64,000 nucleotides of DNA, taken from positions 1 through 64,000 of the forward strand of contig JAGWLG010000015.1 of assembly GCA_028864975.1 (NCBI GenBank). The letters are read 5' to 3'. Position numbers and translations under genes: made by a program. Positions 9,532-20,800 of this stretch are shown here, piece after piece; positions within the stretch are counted from its first letter, which is position 1, and every line of letters begins with the position of its first letter. The stretch comes from Thermoplasmata archaeon (GTDB lineage: Archaea; Thermoplasmatota; Thermoplasmata; Lutacidiplasmatales; UBA184). The notes under the pieces were generated by a model, which was given only the letters and a program-made list of their open reading frames with translations, did not search any database and was not told the origin of the DNA.

Positions 9532-9909
9532 TGCTCCCTGGCGGGGAGGGAGAGGGTTCAGGATGAAAACGTTCTGGTTGAGTCCCATGACCGCCTCGAA
9601 CCCAAAGGGCAGCTCAGGGGACGGGTCGCCCTCCAGTAGCCCCTCCTCCCCTGCCCGCGCCTTATCCCTTCGTTGAGCTCCTCCTCGCCTAGTCAGGCCC
9701 TCCACCATCGCCTTCAGGGCACACCGGGCAAGCTGCTTCGAGATTCGAAGCCCGCCAGCCGACACGGGGCCGGCCCTCCACCACGAAAACCTGACGGAGG
9801 AACGCTCTGAACCAGAGGGGGTAACGGACCCCCACGGGCTCTCCGGAAACCTCTCCGCTAGCCTGACAAGTGACAAAACGGTTATGTTCTCCCTGCGCGC
9901 ATCCCCGGC

Positions 9910-12900
9910 GTGCAGCCGGTTCCCAGTTCCGCCGTGCGCTACTCCAAGCCGAACGGATTCACCGAAACCACCTCGTTCCTTTGGACCGGGTTGCTCATAT
10001 TCCTCCTACTGTTGCTGCTCTCTCCCACTGGTACCGGGTCCGGACGTTCGCTCGCGCACGCGGCCGCTCCCTCAAGTGAACTGCGGGCGACGACCGCTCA
10101 CGACCTCGTTGGGTCGTCCTCAGTTCGAGCGTCCTGCTGGGTCCAACCGCTCTCCCCGGTCTCCTGCGCTTCACAGATTCCCTCGTCTCAGATTCGTTCT
10201 CCCACTGCCTCTTCGGACGGGGCAACGTCCCAGGTGCCTCTGGCCGGCTCGTTCTGGCGGCAGATCTGCTACACGGGCAATTGCGGCCCAGGCTCGCGTG
10301 AAAGCCCTATGGTCGCCTACGACCCCACGGATGGCTACCTTGTGCTCTTCGGAGGGTACAACGGCACCAGCGGGCAAGTGCTGGGGGACACATGGACCTA
10401 CACCTACCCGTCGGGCACTTGGACCCAGATCTTTCCGACGACCTCTCCACCCGCTCGCTATGACGGGCAATTGGCGTGGGACCCGGTGGACGGCTACCTG
10501 GTGCTCTTCTCCGGCTGCGGATCGTCAGCCTGCCCCCCGGGACTGACCGACACGTGGAAGTTCATCGGTGGTCAGTGGACCCAGCTCACTCCGACCACGA
10601 GTCCTGCCGGCCGGTACTTCTTCGGGCTGTCCTGGGACACGGCCGACAACTACATGCTCCTCTTCGGGGGCTACGGCTCGAGCGGCTACCAGGGGGATAC
10701 GTGGAAGTTCCTTGGGGGACAGTGGACCCAACTTGCCCCTGCCGCGAGCCCGCCCGCACGCCTCGACTTTGGGATGAGCGATGACCCCACCGACAGCCAA
10801 GTCGTTCTCTTCGGCGGGTACACCTCGTCAGGTGCGCTGGGCGACACCTGGACGTATTCTGGAGGGACCTGGACCCAGATCTTCCCGTCCACTCCTCCCC
10901 CGGCACTGACCCTCCAAAACCATCAGATGGACACGGACACCGGTTACCCGCTCATCTGGGGAGGGTACGACACCGCCACCAGCTCGTACGTCAGCACCAC
11001 TTGGACCTACGCCGCCGGACAATGGACACAGCAGAGCCCCTCGACTTCCCCTCCCGCCAAAGGCTGGGGGGCCATGAACTACTACGGCGGCGTGGGAACG
11101 ATCGACTTCGGTGGGTACAATCCGGCCACTGGCGACGTGGGAGATTCTTGGCTTTACGTGTCGGGGTTCCGTGCCTCGGCCACGGCGACGCCTGATCCGA
11201 CCGATGTGGGAGGTGCAGTGGCCTTCTCGGGTACGGCGAGCGGGGGCACTCCCCCTTACGTTTATGCCTGGGTCTACGGCGATGGAGGGAAAAGCGCCTA
11301 CATCTCGCCCACCCACACGTACAACTCGACCGGGAGCTTCGGTGCCCACTTCTGGACGAACGAAACAACCGGTCTCCTGCGCTCCCGAGAGGCCAACCTG
11401 TCGGTGGTCGTCAACAGCCTTCCAACCGTGGCCCCCACCGCCACCCCGAGCACTGTCGACGCCAAGGTGGGGATCACCTTCGCCTCCGGTGTGGCCGGTG
11501 GTGCACCGCCCTACACCGTCACTTGGAGGTTCGGGAACGGCGCGTCGGCGGTCGGTGACCCCATCTCCTACCCTTTCCCTAGCCCGGGATCTTACACGGT
11601 CCATGTCTGGGCGAACGATTCCTCGATCGGAAGAGCAACGGGGGCGGTGGCGGTCACCGTCAATCCCGCGTTGGTCTACTCGTCCAACGTCCACCCGCTT
11701 GCCCTGGACGTCGGGTCCAGCGCTCACTACTTCTCGAACGTGACGTCGGGCACTCCTCCGCGCTCATCGGCCTGGACCTTCGGTGATGGAGGGAGGGCGG
11801 CCACGGGGAACGCGAGCCACACCTACACCGCCGTCGGGACGTACGCCGCGGTCCTTTGGGCGAACGACTCCGGAGGGAGCGCCTGGTCCATGTGGTACAA
11901 CATCACGGTGAACCCGCTTCCTGGGGTCTCCATCGCGGCCACCTACCCGAACGTCGACGTAGGGGTCCTCGACTCGTTCGTTGAGACCACTTCTGGCGGG
12001 ACCGCCCCGTGGGCCTACGCGTGGAGGTTCGGAGATGGCGGAACCGCGGCCGCCTCTACCGCGACCCACACCTACACCGCCGTGGGTGCCTTCGTGGTCT
12101 CAGCATGGGCGAACGACAGTTCGGGGAACTCCGCGGTCTCTACCCTCGCAGTCACGGTCTATCCCCCCCTCGTGGCCTGGGCCAACGCCACCAAGACCAC
12201 CGTGGACCTGGGCATGGTCGATGGCTTCATCGCTGCTCACCGTGGTGGAGCGCCACCGGTTTCGATCACCTGGTCCCTTGGCGACGGGACCTGGGGCTCA
12301 GGGAGCCCCATATCGCATACGTACACGGCCCTCGGAAACTACACCGTGAATGCGTGGGTCAACGACTCGGGCGGGGGCCTCTGGTCGGGAGGCGGCTTTA
12401 CGGTCACGGTCAGCCGCGACCCTAGGATCTCCGCGAACGTGTCGAACCCAACCACCGACGTGGGTAATGTCGAAACCTTCTCCGTGGTGACCTGGGGTGG
12501 CAGCACACCCTATGCCTATCACTGGGCGTTCGGCGACGGGACCTCGAGCTCGCTCGCCTCTCCGACCCACGCCTTTAACGTCGCGGGCGCGTACTTCGCC
12601 CAGATCTGGGCCAACGACTCGGCGGGTGGGTCGGTGTCGACCCTGGTCCCCGTAGTCGTCCATCCTGCCCTTGTCGCCCACGCGTCGCCCGCCACGGCCT
12701 GGGCGGACGTGGGGGGACAGCTCGGGTTCGCGGGGTCCGCCAGGGGTGGCACAGCCCCCTACACCTTCGCTTGGAGCTTTGGAGACGGGTCGCGCGCCAC
12801 GGGCGCGGGAGCGGCCCACACCTACCTGAGCGCCGGGACCTACACGGGTAGCCTTTGGGTCAACGACTCCGCCGGGGGCGCGAGCTCCCAGACGATCACG

Positions 12901-14070
12901 GTCACGGTCAACCCTCCCCTCACGGTCACCCTCTCGGCCTCGCCGACCTCCCTGGACGTGGGGGCGACGACCTCTCTAGGTGCCACCGTGGGCGGCGGGA
13001 ACGCCTCGACCCTGACCTTCTCCTACTCCGGACTCCCGGGTGGCTGCGCGAGCTCGAACGCGAACCCGCTCTCGTGCCGACCCACCGTGGCCGGCAGCTT
13101 CGGGGTCGCTGTGCAGGTCTCGGACGGGCTTTCGACGGCGACCTCGCCCCCCGTGGTGGTCACCGTGGGTGGACCCCTGGCGGTCTCCCTCAGTTTCACC
13201 CCCTCCATCATCACCGTAGGACGGACGACGGTCGTAGCGGTGGCCGTTCTCGGGGGAACGGGAACTCTGTCTTTCACCTACACCGGTCTTCCCTCAGGCT
13301 GCAGCGGCCCCTCGGGTGCCAGCAGCTTCACTTGCCGGCCCGCCGCGTCGGGGACCGCGGTCGTGACCGTTCAGGCGACGGACGGATCAGGAGCGACCGG
13401 GCAAGCCAGCTCGCCGCTGATGGTGAACCCCGCCCCGTCCATCACGGCGTTCACCGCGACCCCCTCAACCGGGAACGTTGGATCCGCGATCACCTTCTCG
13501 GTCGCGGCCCAAGGAGGTACGGGGGCCCTTGTCTACTCTTATACTGGCCTGCCGACGGGGTGCAGCTCGGAGAACCTTGCGACCTTCAGCTGCACGCCGA
13601 CGATGGCGAACTCCTACGCGGTCGTCGCGACGGTCACCGACTCCCAAGGGGTTAGCGCCAACTCCACCACGCTGAGCGTCGTCGTCGCCGGGGCGATCTC
13701 GCCTGCCGTGGCAGCGAACCCGCTAGAGACCTTCGGCCTCCTCCTGATCGCGGTCGTGGTGGTGTTCCTGGCCCTCGCCTTGGTCGTGATGTTCCTCGGC
13801 CGCCGTCGCCGGGGCTCATCGCCGCAGACGGTAGCGCCACCCTCATCCAGCCCCGAAGCTGCTCCGGTAGCCCCCGCTCCTCCGAGCTCCCCGAGCTACT
13901 CTGAGGCAGCGCTTCCGCCGGAGGCCGCCCCGGCCCCGGTTTCCGCGACGACGTCCCCACCGTCGTCCACGACGGCGGCAGCTTCGCCGAGCTCGACCTG
14001 TCTCATCTGCGGTAGACCGATGGACGGGTCGGGCACCTGTGGTTCGTGCGGGTGGCAAGCTCCCCGGTAG
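9910..14070 (+). CDS. Large cell-surface protein A: signal peptide, Kelch-like propeller, 7 PKD, 3 GLPxGC Ig-like modules, TM helix, Pro-rich tail with CxxC-CxxC
   Basis: Repeats DTW.F.GG.WTQL.P..SP..R; seven W.[FYL]G[DN]G motifs; C-terminal TM then RRRR and CLIC...CGSC. Confidence 0.88.
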   Translation: MQPVPSSAVRYSKPNGFTETTSFLWTGLLIFLLLLLLSPTGTGSGRSLAHAAAPSSELRATTAHDLVGSSSVRASCWVQPLSPVSCASQIPSSQIRSPTASSDGATSQVPLAGSFWRQICYTGNCGPGSRESPMVAYDPTDGYLVLFGGYNGTSGQVLGDTWTYTYPSGTWTQIFPTTSPPARYDGQLAWDPVDGYLVLFSGCGSSACPPGLTDTWKFIGGQWTQLTPTTSPAGRYFFGLSWDTADNYMLLFGGYGSSGYQGDTWKFLGGQWTQLAPAASPPARLDFGMSDDPTDSQVVLFGGYTSSGALGDTWTYSGGTWTQIFPSTPPPALTLQNHQMDTDTGYPLIWGGYDTATSSYVSTTWTYAAGQWTQQSPSTSPPAKGWGAMNYYGGVGTIDFGGYNPATGDVGDSWLYVSGFRASATATPDPTDVGGAVAFSGTASGGTPPYVYAWVYGDGGKSAYISPTHTYNSTGSFGAHFWTNETTGLLRSREANLSVVVNSLPTVAPTATPSTVDAKVGITFASGVAGGAPPYTVTWRFGNGASAVGDPISYPFPSPGSYTVHVWANDSSIGRATGAVAVTVNPALVYSSNVHPLALDVGSSAHYFSNVTSGTPPRSSAWTFGDGGRAATGNASHTYTAVGTYAAVLWANDSGGSAWSMWYNITVNPLPGVSIAATYPNVDVGVLDSFVETTSGGTAPWAYAWRFGDGGTAAASTATHTYTAVGAFVVSAWANDSSGNSAVSTLAVTVYPPLVAWANATKTTVDLGMVDGFIAAHRGGAPPVSITWSLGDGTWGSGSPISHTYTALGNYTVNAWVNDSGGGLWSGGGFTVTVSRDPRISANVSNPTTDVGNVETFSVVTWGGSTPYAYHWAFGDGTSSSLASPTHAFNVAGAYFAQIWANDSAGGSVSTLVPVVVHPALVAHASPATAWADVGGQLGFAGSARGGTAPYTFAWSFGDGSRATGAGAAHTYLSAGTYTGSLWVNDSAGGASSQTITVTVNPPLTVTLSASPTSLDVGATTSLGATVGGGNASTLTFSYSGLPGGCASSNANPLSCRPTVAGSFGVAVQVSDGLSTATSPPVVVTVGGPLAVSLSFTPSIITVGRTTVVAVAVLGGTGTLSFTYTGLPSGCSGPSGASSFTCRPAASGTAVVTVQATDGSGATGQASSPLMVNPAPSITAFTATPSTGNVGSAITFSVAAQGGTGALVYSYTGLPTGCSSENLATFSCTPTMANSYAVVATVTDSQGVSANSTTLSVVVAGAISPAVAANPLETFGLLLIAVVVVFLALALVVMFLGRRRRGSSPQTVAPPSSSPEAAPVAPAPPSSPSYSEAALPPEAAPAPVSATTSPPSSTTAAASPSSTCLICGRPMDGSGTCGSCGWQAPR

Positions 14071-14074
14071 GACC

Positions 14075-17000
14075 ATGAGAGGACCCATGATCTCCACACA
14101 AGGAAGTTCCATGAAGTGCGAAAGAAGAGTCTCGAAGGAAGACGAAGGAGCCAAGACGGACCGAACGAACGACCCGCGGACCGGCCGAGGCAAGGCCCTC
14201 CTCTCCGTGCTGGCCCTCGCGCTGTTGGTGGTCTACTTGCCTAGCCCCGTATCTGCGTCAGCTACAGCTCCGCTGCCCCACGAGATCGCCCAAGGGCAGC
14301 ATGGTCCGATTGCGGCAGCTCCGCTTCGTGGTCCCTCGATCCCGAACCTCCCACCGTGGCACGGACCAAGGACCCAGCTCTTCGCGTGGGGATCCGATCA
14401 ACAAGCCAACTTCATGGGAGTTTACCGACCGGCTCCATACGCTCCACAAACGCCAGCCTCCGCGCCCGCACCACGTTCCCCCGCGACCGCTGGAGCCTAC
14501 TTCAACGGCACGATCGGGTTGTACGGGGTGGACGACAACGCTCCCAACCCATGTGGGTGCGCCCCACCGGACACCACGAACTCCGTGGGCGCGGGGTACG
14601 TCGTCGAGATGGCCAATACCGCTAGCGAGATGTGGACGACCTCCGGAACCGTCGCTCAGCCCTCGACCCCGCTCACCACCCTCTTCGGAACTTCGGACTC
14701 GCTTTCGGACCCACAGGTCCAATACGATCCCATCTCGGGCCGTTGGTTCGCAGAGATCCTTTCGGTGACGACCTTCGGAAACGTCTTCTTCGCGGTCTCC
14801 CAAACGAGCAACCCCACAGGCTCGTGGTACCAGTATTCGGTCAGTATGCCCATCACCGGGGACCTTCCCGACCAGTGTGTCATCGGGGTCGATGCCAACA
14901 CCGTCGTCCTGTCCGGGAACGACTTCGCCGGCGGCTCGAGCTTCGTGGGTGCGGTCTTTTTCGTCATCAACAAGACCCAGGCCGTCGCAGGGAGCGCGCC
15001 CACCTACGCGGTCGATGGTCCCGGAAGCACGTCCTACGCGTCCATCCACCCTGCGCGGGAGCTCTCCCTCTCCAACACGATCTACATGGTCGGTCGGGGC
15101 AACAACGTGGGCGGCTCCCCCACGACCCTGGTCTACATGACGATCACCGGGGCACCGCCCAGCGCGTTCACGTTCACCTACCAGAACATCACGACCACGG
15201 GCAGCATGCCCGGCGGCGCTCCTCAACCGGGAGGTTCCGTCAACGTCGATGATGAACGGGTCGTCACGGCTACGTGGCTCAACGGGAACTTCTGGGCCGC
15301 CGCGAACGAAGGGACCTGCACCGGAGGCGATGCCGTCTGCCTCCACTTGTGGGAGTTCACCGCGACGGGTCCGACGGCGACCGTGGTCAACGATTTCATC
15401 TGGTCGCCTGCGGGGGGTCTCAGCGGGTACTACCCAGCCGTCACGCTGAGCTTGAGCGGCAATCTTGGGGTCGTCTACAGCTTCTCGGACGCCTCGACGT
15501 ATCCCTCCGTGGCGATCACGGGATGGTCCCCTTCCGACGGGACGAACCTGGAAGCGCCCACCGTCGTCCACCCGGGCACGTCGAACGAGCTCGCCGGCAG
15601 GTTCGGGGACTACTCCGGGGCGGCGACTGACACGTCCACGAACATCTTCTGGGTCTCGGGAGAGTACATCACCCCCGCCTCGTACTGGAACACTTGGGTC
15701 CAGAGCTTCTCGATGCCGGGCTTCATCGCCAATAGCCTCGTGACCCCAAATCCGGTTGACGTGGGGGTTCCGGTCTACTTCAACGGGACGGCGTCAGGCG
15801 GCACCGCTCCTTTCACCTTCCGCTGGGTCTATGGCGACGGTGGCCCTACGAGCTCTGCGCGGAACCCCTCGCACATCTACAATGCGACCTGCAGCTGCGC
15901 CGGGCACTTCTGGATCAACGAGACGTCCGGTTTGCTGCGCTCCCGCGAAGCGAACTTTACGGTCACGGTCAACGCACTTCCGACCGCCACCCTCCGTGCC
16001 ACCCCCAATCCGACCGATGTCGGGATCAACGCCACCTTCACCTCGGTCGTGACAGGTGGGACCTCGCCCTTCGCCTACGCCTGGTCGTTCGGGGATGGGT
16101 TCCAGAGCACCAGCGCCTCTCCGGTGCACCAGTATTCCGCCGCCGGGACCTACGCGGCACAGCTCTGGGTGAACGACTCTGGGGGAGGGAGCGGCCACGT
16201 CACAGGCTCGATCGTGGTGAATCCTCAGCCTAGCATCACCTTCAGCGCCACTCCTGTGCCCGTGGACGCTGGCGTTGGGGTCGTCCTGACCTCGAGCATC
16301 GCGGGGGGCACAGGGCTTGTGAACATCACCTGGGTCCTTGGGGATGGGAACGTCGCGACAGGCCCGACGGTCGCTCACACGTATGCGCTGCGCGGGAACT
16401 ACACGGTCCGTGCCTGGGCCAACGATTCGATCGGAGGGACTGGGAACAGCACTCAGGTGATCGTGGTCAATCCGTACCTCGCACTCCTGCTCGTTTCCGC
16501 CTCGCCCCTGGTCCTCGACGTGGGCAGGCCCGTGACCTTCGGGGCATCCTACTGGGGAGGCACGGCGAGCTACACCTACGAATGGAGGTTCGGCGATGGG
16601 ACCACCGCAGCGACGATCAGCCCCGTCCATGCCTTCCTGTCGGCCGGCTCCCCCCTCGTACGGTTCTGGCTGAACGACAGTGGCGGAGGTTCCGCGACGG
16701 CCCAGGTCTCCATCACGGTGAACCCGGCCCTGACCATCTCCTCGTTCCAAGGGTCGTGGACCGGAGGGGCCAGGAACGCCCTGGACAAAGGGCAGACCGT
16801 CTCGCTCTCGGCCAGCGTCACGGGGGGGACCGGCTCCTACAGCTACCTCTATTCCGGGCTCCCCACAGGCTGCACGAGCTGGAACTTCGCGACCATCTCC
16901 TGCGCTCCGAATGAGACAGGGAACTTCACGGTCGAGCTCAAGGTCACCGACCAGAACGGAGCGTCCGCGTTCTCCAACACGACCTTCGTCGTCAATCCAC

Positions 17001-17878
17001 CGTTGTCGGTCGGCTCGTTCTGGGCATCTCCCGCCATCGATACCGTGAACGGACCGACGACCCTGACCGTTGTCGCGGTGCACGGGACCCCGGGCTACCG
17101 CTACAGCTTCCCGATCCTGCCCCCGGGTTGCTCGATCTCCACGAACGCGTCGGTGAGCTGCTCCCCCACGACCGTTGGGACCAACTCCGCCGAGGTCCGG
17201 GTTACCGACGCGGTCGGCGTCAACGCGTTCGCGAACACGACCTTCCTCGTGAACCCGAGCCCGCAGGTGCTGAGCTTCGTGGCCACCCCGAGCACGGTCA
17301 CCGCGGGCGACCTGGTCAGCTTCACGGTCACGGCGAGCGGTGGAACGGCGCCATACAGCTACGCGTACACTGGCTTGCCTTCGGGGTGCTCGCTCTCGGG
17401 GAACGGAGGGAGCTGCCACCCGAGCTCCACGGGGAAGTTCACCGTACAGGTTACCGTAACGGACTCCAACGGACAGAAGGGGACGGCGGTCACGACCGTG
17501 ACCGTGAACGCCCCGCCGGGCATCTTCGCCGGAGGGCTCTATTCCTTCGGGTTCCTCTGGACCCTCCTGGCCCTGCTCGCGATCGTCGTCCTGGTGTTCG
17601 TCATCTTGGTGCTTCGGAGATACCGTGCGCTCAAGGGCCAGACCCCGACGTACGCACCCGGTGGCGGAGCCGCGACCACCTCCTACGAGAGCACCGATCA
17701 TTCGGTCGCCCCGTCCCCGGAGGGGCACGCCTTCCCCAACGAACCTGCGCCCACATCCGAGCAGACGCAACCGGGCTTCGCGCCCCCGCCGCCCCCACCC
17801 AGCTCCTCGTCGCCCCCGCCGCCGCCTCCGCCGCCACCGCCTTCGGGAACCGGCGGCATGGGAGGGTGGCCACAATGA
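14075..17878 (+). CDS. Large cell-surface protein B: PPD-type N-terminal beta domain, 4 PKD, 3 (G/I)LPxGC modules, TM, poly-Pro tail
   Basis: Signal LLSVLALALLVVYL; APPDTTNSVGAGYVVEMAN, SDPQVQYD, RFGDYSG; W.[FYL]GDG x4; start ATG 14075 or 14087. Confidence 0.88.
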   Translation: MRGPMISTQGSSMKCERRVSKEDEGAKTDRTNDPRTGRGKALLSVLALALLVVYLPSPVSASATAPLPHEIAQGQHGPIAAAPLRGPSIPNLPPWHGPRTQLFAWGSDQQANFMGVYRPAPYAPQTPASAPAPRSPATAGAYFNGTIGLYGVDDNAPNPCGCAPPDTTNSVGAGYVVEMANTASEMWTTSGTVAQPSTPLTTLFGTSDSLSDPQVQYDPISGRWFAEILSVTTFGNVFFAVSQTSNPTGSWYQYSVSMPITGDLPDQCVIGVDANTVVLSGNDFAGGSSFVGAVFFVINKTQAVAGSAPTYAVDGPGSTSYASIHPARELSLSNTIYMVGRGNNVGGSPTTLVYMTITGAPPSAFTFTYQNITTTGSMPGGAPQPGGSVNVDDERVVTATWLNGNFWAAANEGTCTGGDAVCLHLWEFTATGPTATVVNDFIWSPAGGLSGYYPAVTLSLSGNLGVVYSFSDASTYPSVAITGWSPSDGTNLEAPTVVHPGTSNELAGRFGDYSGAATDTSTNIFWVSGEYITPASYWNTWVQSFSMPGFIANSLVTPNPVDVGVPVYFNGTASGGTAPFTFRWVYGDGGPTSSARNPSHIYNATCSCAGHFWINETSGLLRSREANFTVTVNALPTATLRATPNPTDVGINATFTSVVTGGTSPFAYAWSFGDGFQSTSASPVHQYSAAGTYAAQLWVNDSGGGSGHVTGSIVVNPQPSITFSATPVPVDAGVGVVLTSSIAGGTGLVNITWVLGDGNVATGPTVAHTYALRGNYTVRAWANDSIGGTGNSTQVIVVNPYLALLLVSASPLVLDVGRPVTFGASYWGGTASYTYEWRFGDGTTAATISPVHAFLSAGSPLVRFWLNDSGGGSATAQVSITVNPALTISSFQGSWTGGARNALDKGQTVSLSASVTGGTGSYSYLYSGLPTGCTSWNFATISCAPNETGNFTVELKVTDQNGASAFSNTTFVVNPPLSVGSFWASPAIDTVNGPTTLTVVAVHGTPGYRYSFPILPPGCSISTNASVSCSPTTVGTNSAEVRVTDAVGVNAFANTTFLVNPSPQVLSFVATPSTVTAGDLVSFTVTASGGTAPYSYAYTGLPSGCSLSGNGGSCHPSSTGKFTVQVTVTDSNGQKGTAVTTVTVNAPPGIFAGGLYSFGFLWTLLALLAIVVLVFVILVLRRYRALKGQTPTYAPGGGAATTSYESTDHSVAPSPEGHAFPNEPAPTSEQTQPGFAPPPPPPSSSSPPPPPPPPPPSGTGGMGGWPQ

Positions 17879-20800
17879 GGACGAGTCTCGTGGCTTCGTT
17901 CCTCGGCGTGGTCGTCGTCCTCGCCCTGGCCGCGTTGATGCTCGTGCCGACGGTGCCCTCCACCAGTGTGAGTGTCAGAGATACGTCAGCGAGGCTCCCG
18001 CACGGGTTCGATACCGCGCAAGTGGGTGCGGCAGCCCTTCCATGCATGCTCCGGCCCGCGATGATGCTTCATTGCACCTCCTCGGGAGCAAGCGTGTCGG
18101 GGGTCGCTCGGGGGGTTGTCTCGTCTTCGGCGTGGTCGAGCGCCTCTCCATCTCCCTTCTGGAAGGAGATCTGTGGAACGGGAGGGTGCGGGTTGGGCGA
18201 CCGGGAGGACCCGCAGGCCGCCTTCGATCCTATCGACAATGAGGTGGTGCTCTTCGGGGGTGTCAACGCCTCAGGGTCCGGGACGGTCTACGGCGATACG
18301 TGGACGTTCGCTAACGGCGTATGGACCCAGATCTTTCCTGCCGTCTCCCCCCCTGCGCGCTTCGACGGCGTCATGACCTGGGACGCGGCGGACGGGTACA
18401 TCGTCCTCTTCAGCGGGTGCGCGAGCCTCGCGGGATGTCCTCCGGCCCTGACGGACACTTGGAGCTTCATTGGGGGGGTTTGGACCCAGCTCACACCGAC
18501 GTCGGTGCCGACAGGACGCTTCTTCGGTTCCATGGCGTGGGACGGAGTCGACAACTATGACCTCTTGTACGGGGGATACAGCAGCGCCGGTTTCCTGGGT
18601 GACACCTGGAGCTTCGTCGGCGGTCAGTGGACCCAGCTCACTCCCACCACCACGCCGGGCCTCCGCTACGCCATGGGCCTGGCCTGGGACCCTTCGGATG
18701 GGTACGATGTGCTCTTCGGAGGGGACAGTTCGACAAGCGGGCAGGTCGGAGACACCTGGTCCTACGTGGGCGGCGTCTGGACCCAGCTCGCCCCCACCAC
18801 CTCGCCCCCGGCCCGTGGACTTCAGAACAGTCAGATGGATACCGACGGCGGATCCCCCTTGATCTGGGGGGGGTATGACTTCAACACCGGCCAGTGCTTT
18901 GCCGACACCTGGACCTTCGCGGGAGGTCAATGGACCCAACAGTCCCCAACGACCTCTCCTCCACCCAAGGGTTGGGGGTTGGTGGTGGGAACGCCGGCGG
19001 GGAGCCTCACCATCGGCGGATACCAGTGCGGTCTCAGCGATGTCGGGGACACCTGGCAGTACATCTCTGGCCCCCACGTCTCCACACCCGTCCCTTCACC
19101 CGCGAACCCTGAGTCCGGAGTGAAGGTCACGTTCACCTCATCGGTGCTCTACGCGGGTACCTCTCCGGACACCTTGTCCTGGACCTGGGCCCCCGCCAAA
19201 TGGATCCAGTGCACACCTTCCACCTCCCTCTACCTGAACTGCACCCCGCTGCGGGAAGGGAACTACTCCATCACCATCCACATCACAGATGCCACCGGGA
19301 TGACGGGAAGCGCCACCCTATCCCCGTTCTTCGTCTCCAGGGGCCCTCAGGTCAGCCAGCCTCAACCCACTCGGGTCAAGCTCGATGTGGGACAGACCGT
19401 GACGCTCACGTCCACCCTCGTGTACGCGGGGTCGGGAAGCGACACCTTCTCCTGGAGCTCCTCGGGTAGCGGGATGGGGTGCGCGGTCTCGTCCACCTTG
19501 ACCGACACCTGCAAGCCCACGGCAGCAGGGACCTACAATGTCACGGCCTACGTGTCCGACGGGGTGGGGCAAGGCTGGAACACCTCGGTCAACATCGTGG
19601 TCTCGGCGCTACCCGCTTCGAACGCACCGATACCCTGGCCTGGCCCCAGCGCGGACGTCGGACAGACGGTCCGCTTCTCCGCCAACATCACCAACGTCGG
19701 CTCCGGGGGCGACAAGTTCAGTTGGACCTTCGCTCCCGCTCAGGGGCTTGACTGTTCGGCGAGCTTCTCGGTCAGCACCGTCTGCGCGACGGCCACCGCA
19801 GGCTGGTACAATGTTAGTTTCAACATGGTGGACTCGAACGGGGGTCAGGGCTTCGGGACGCTAGGGTTCCAGGTCTTCGCCCTGCCGAACCTGAGCGCCC
19901 CCAGTCCCAGCAAGACGAGCGTCGATGTGGGGCAGACCGTCAGCTTCTCGCCCACGGTCAATTGGGCGGGTTCGGGCGGGCTCTCCTACCTCTGGAACTC
20001 CTCCGGCGACGGGTTTGGATGCGGGGCGAACACGCTGGGAAGCTACTCCTGCACCCCTTCGACCGCGGGAACCTACTCCGTGGCCACCCGGGGAACGGAT
20101 TCGAACGGAGGAGTAGGACGCAGCGTGTCGTTGGCGTACACGGTGTTCGCCCTTCCCCAGGCCACCGCCCCCATGCCGTCGAACCTGCATCCGCAGGTCG
20201 GTGAGAGCATCACCTTCTCCACCTCTCTGCTCTCCCACGGCTCGGGCGGGGTCGTCTACAGTTGGACCTCTTCCTCGAGCCAGCTCGGCTGCGCATCCTC
20301 GACCTCGGGGAACCTGACCTGCACGCCGTCGGCTACGGGGAGCTACACCGTGACGGTGACCGTAAAGGACTCGAACCACGGTTGGTCGAGCGTGATCTCG
20401 CTTCCGGTTTCCGTGACCAATACGCTCACGCTCTCGGTCTCAGCGTCCCCCACCAGCGGTACAGCCCCAGTCCAGGTGACCTTCACGAGCGCACCCTCCG
20501 GAGGGACGGCGCCCTACCTCTATACCTGGAAGTTCGGGGACGACTCCGCCGCGGCCAACGAGCCCAGCCCGACCCACACCTACGCATCTGGGGGAACGTT
20601 CCTCGTCAGCGTTTGGGTGAACGACTCGGCGGGCCACTCCGCCACGGACACCGTCTCCGTCTCGGTCCTCGCGCCTGCGAGCCCATCGGTCTTCTCCGTC
20701 ATCCCTGGAGGAATGGTTACCTTCGCTCTGCTCCTCCTTCTGGCGGTCGTGATCATCGCAGCCATGGTCCTGCTTTATCGACGGGCTCGACACCACGCGG

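Noticed and set aside
10300-19100. Repetitive DNA as a possible CRISPR array
   Set aside because: The repeats are degenerate, in-frame Kelch/PKD protein repeats; no identical repeat-spacer pattern and no cas genes.
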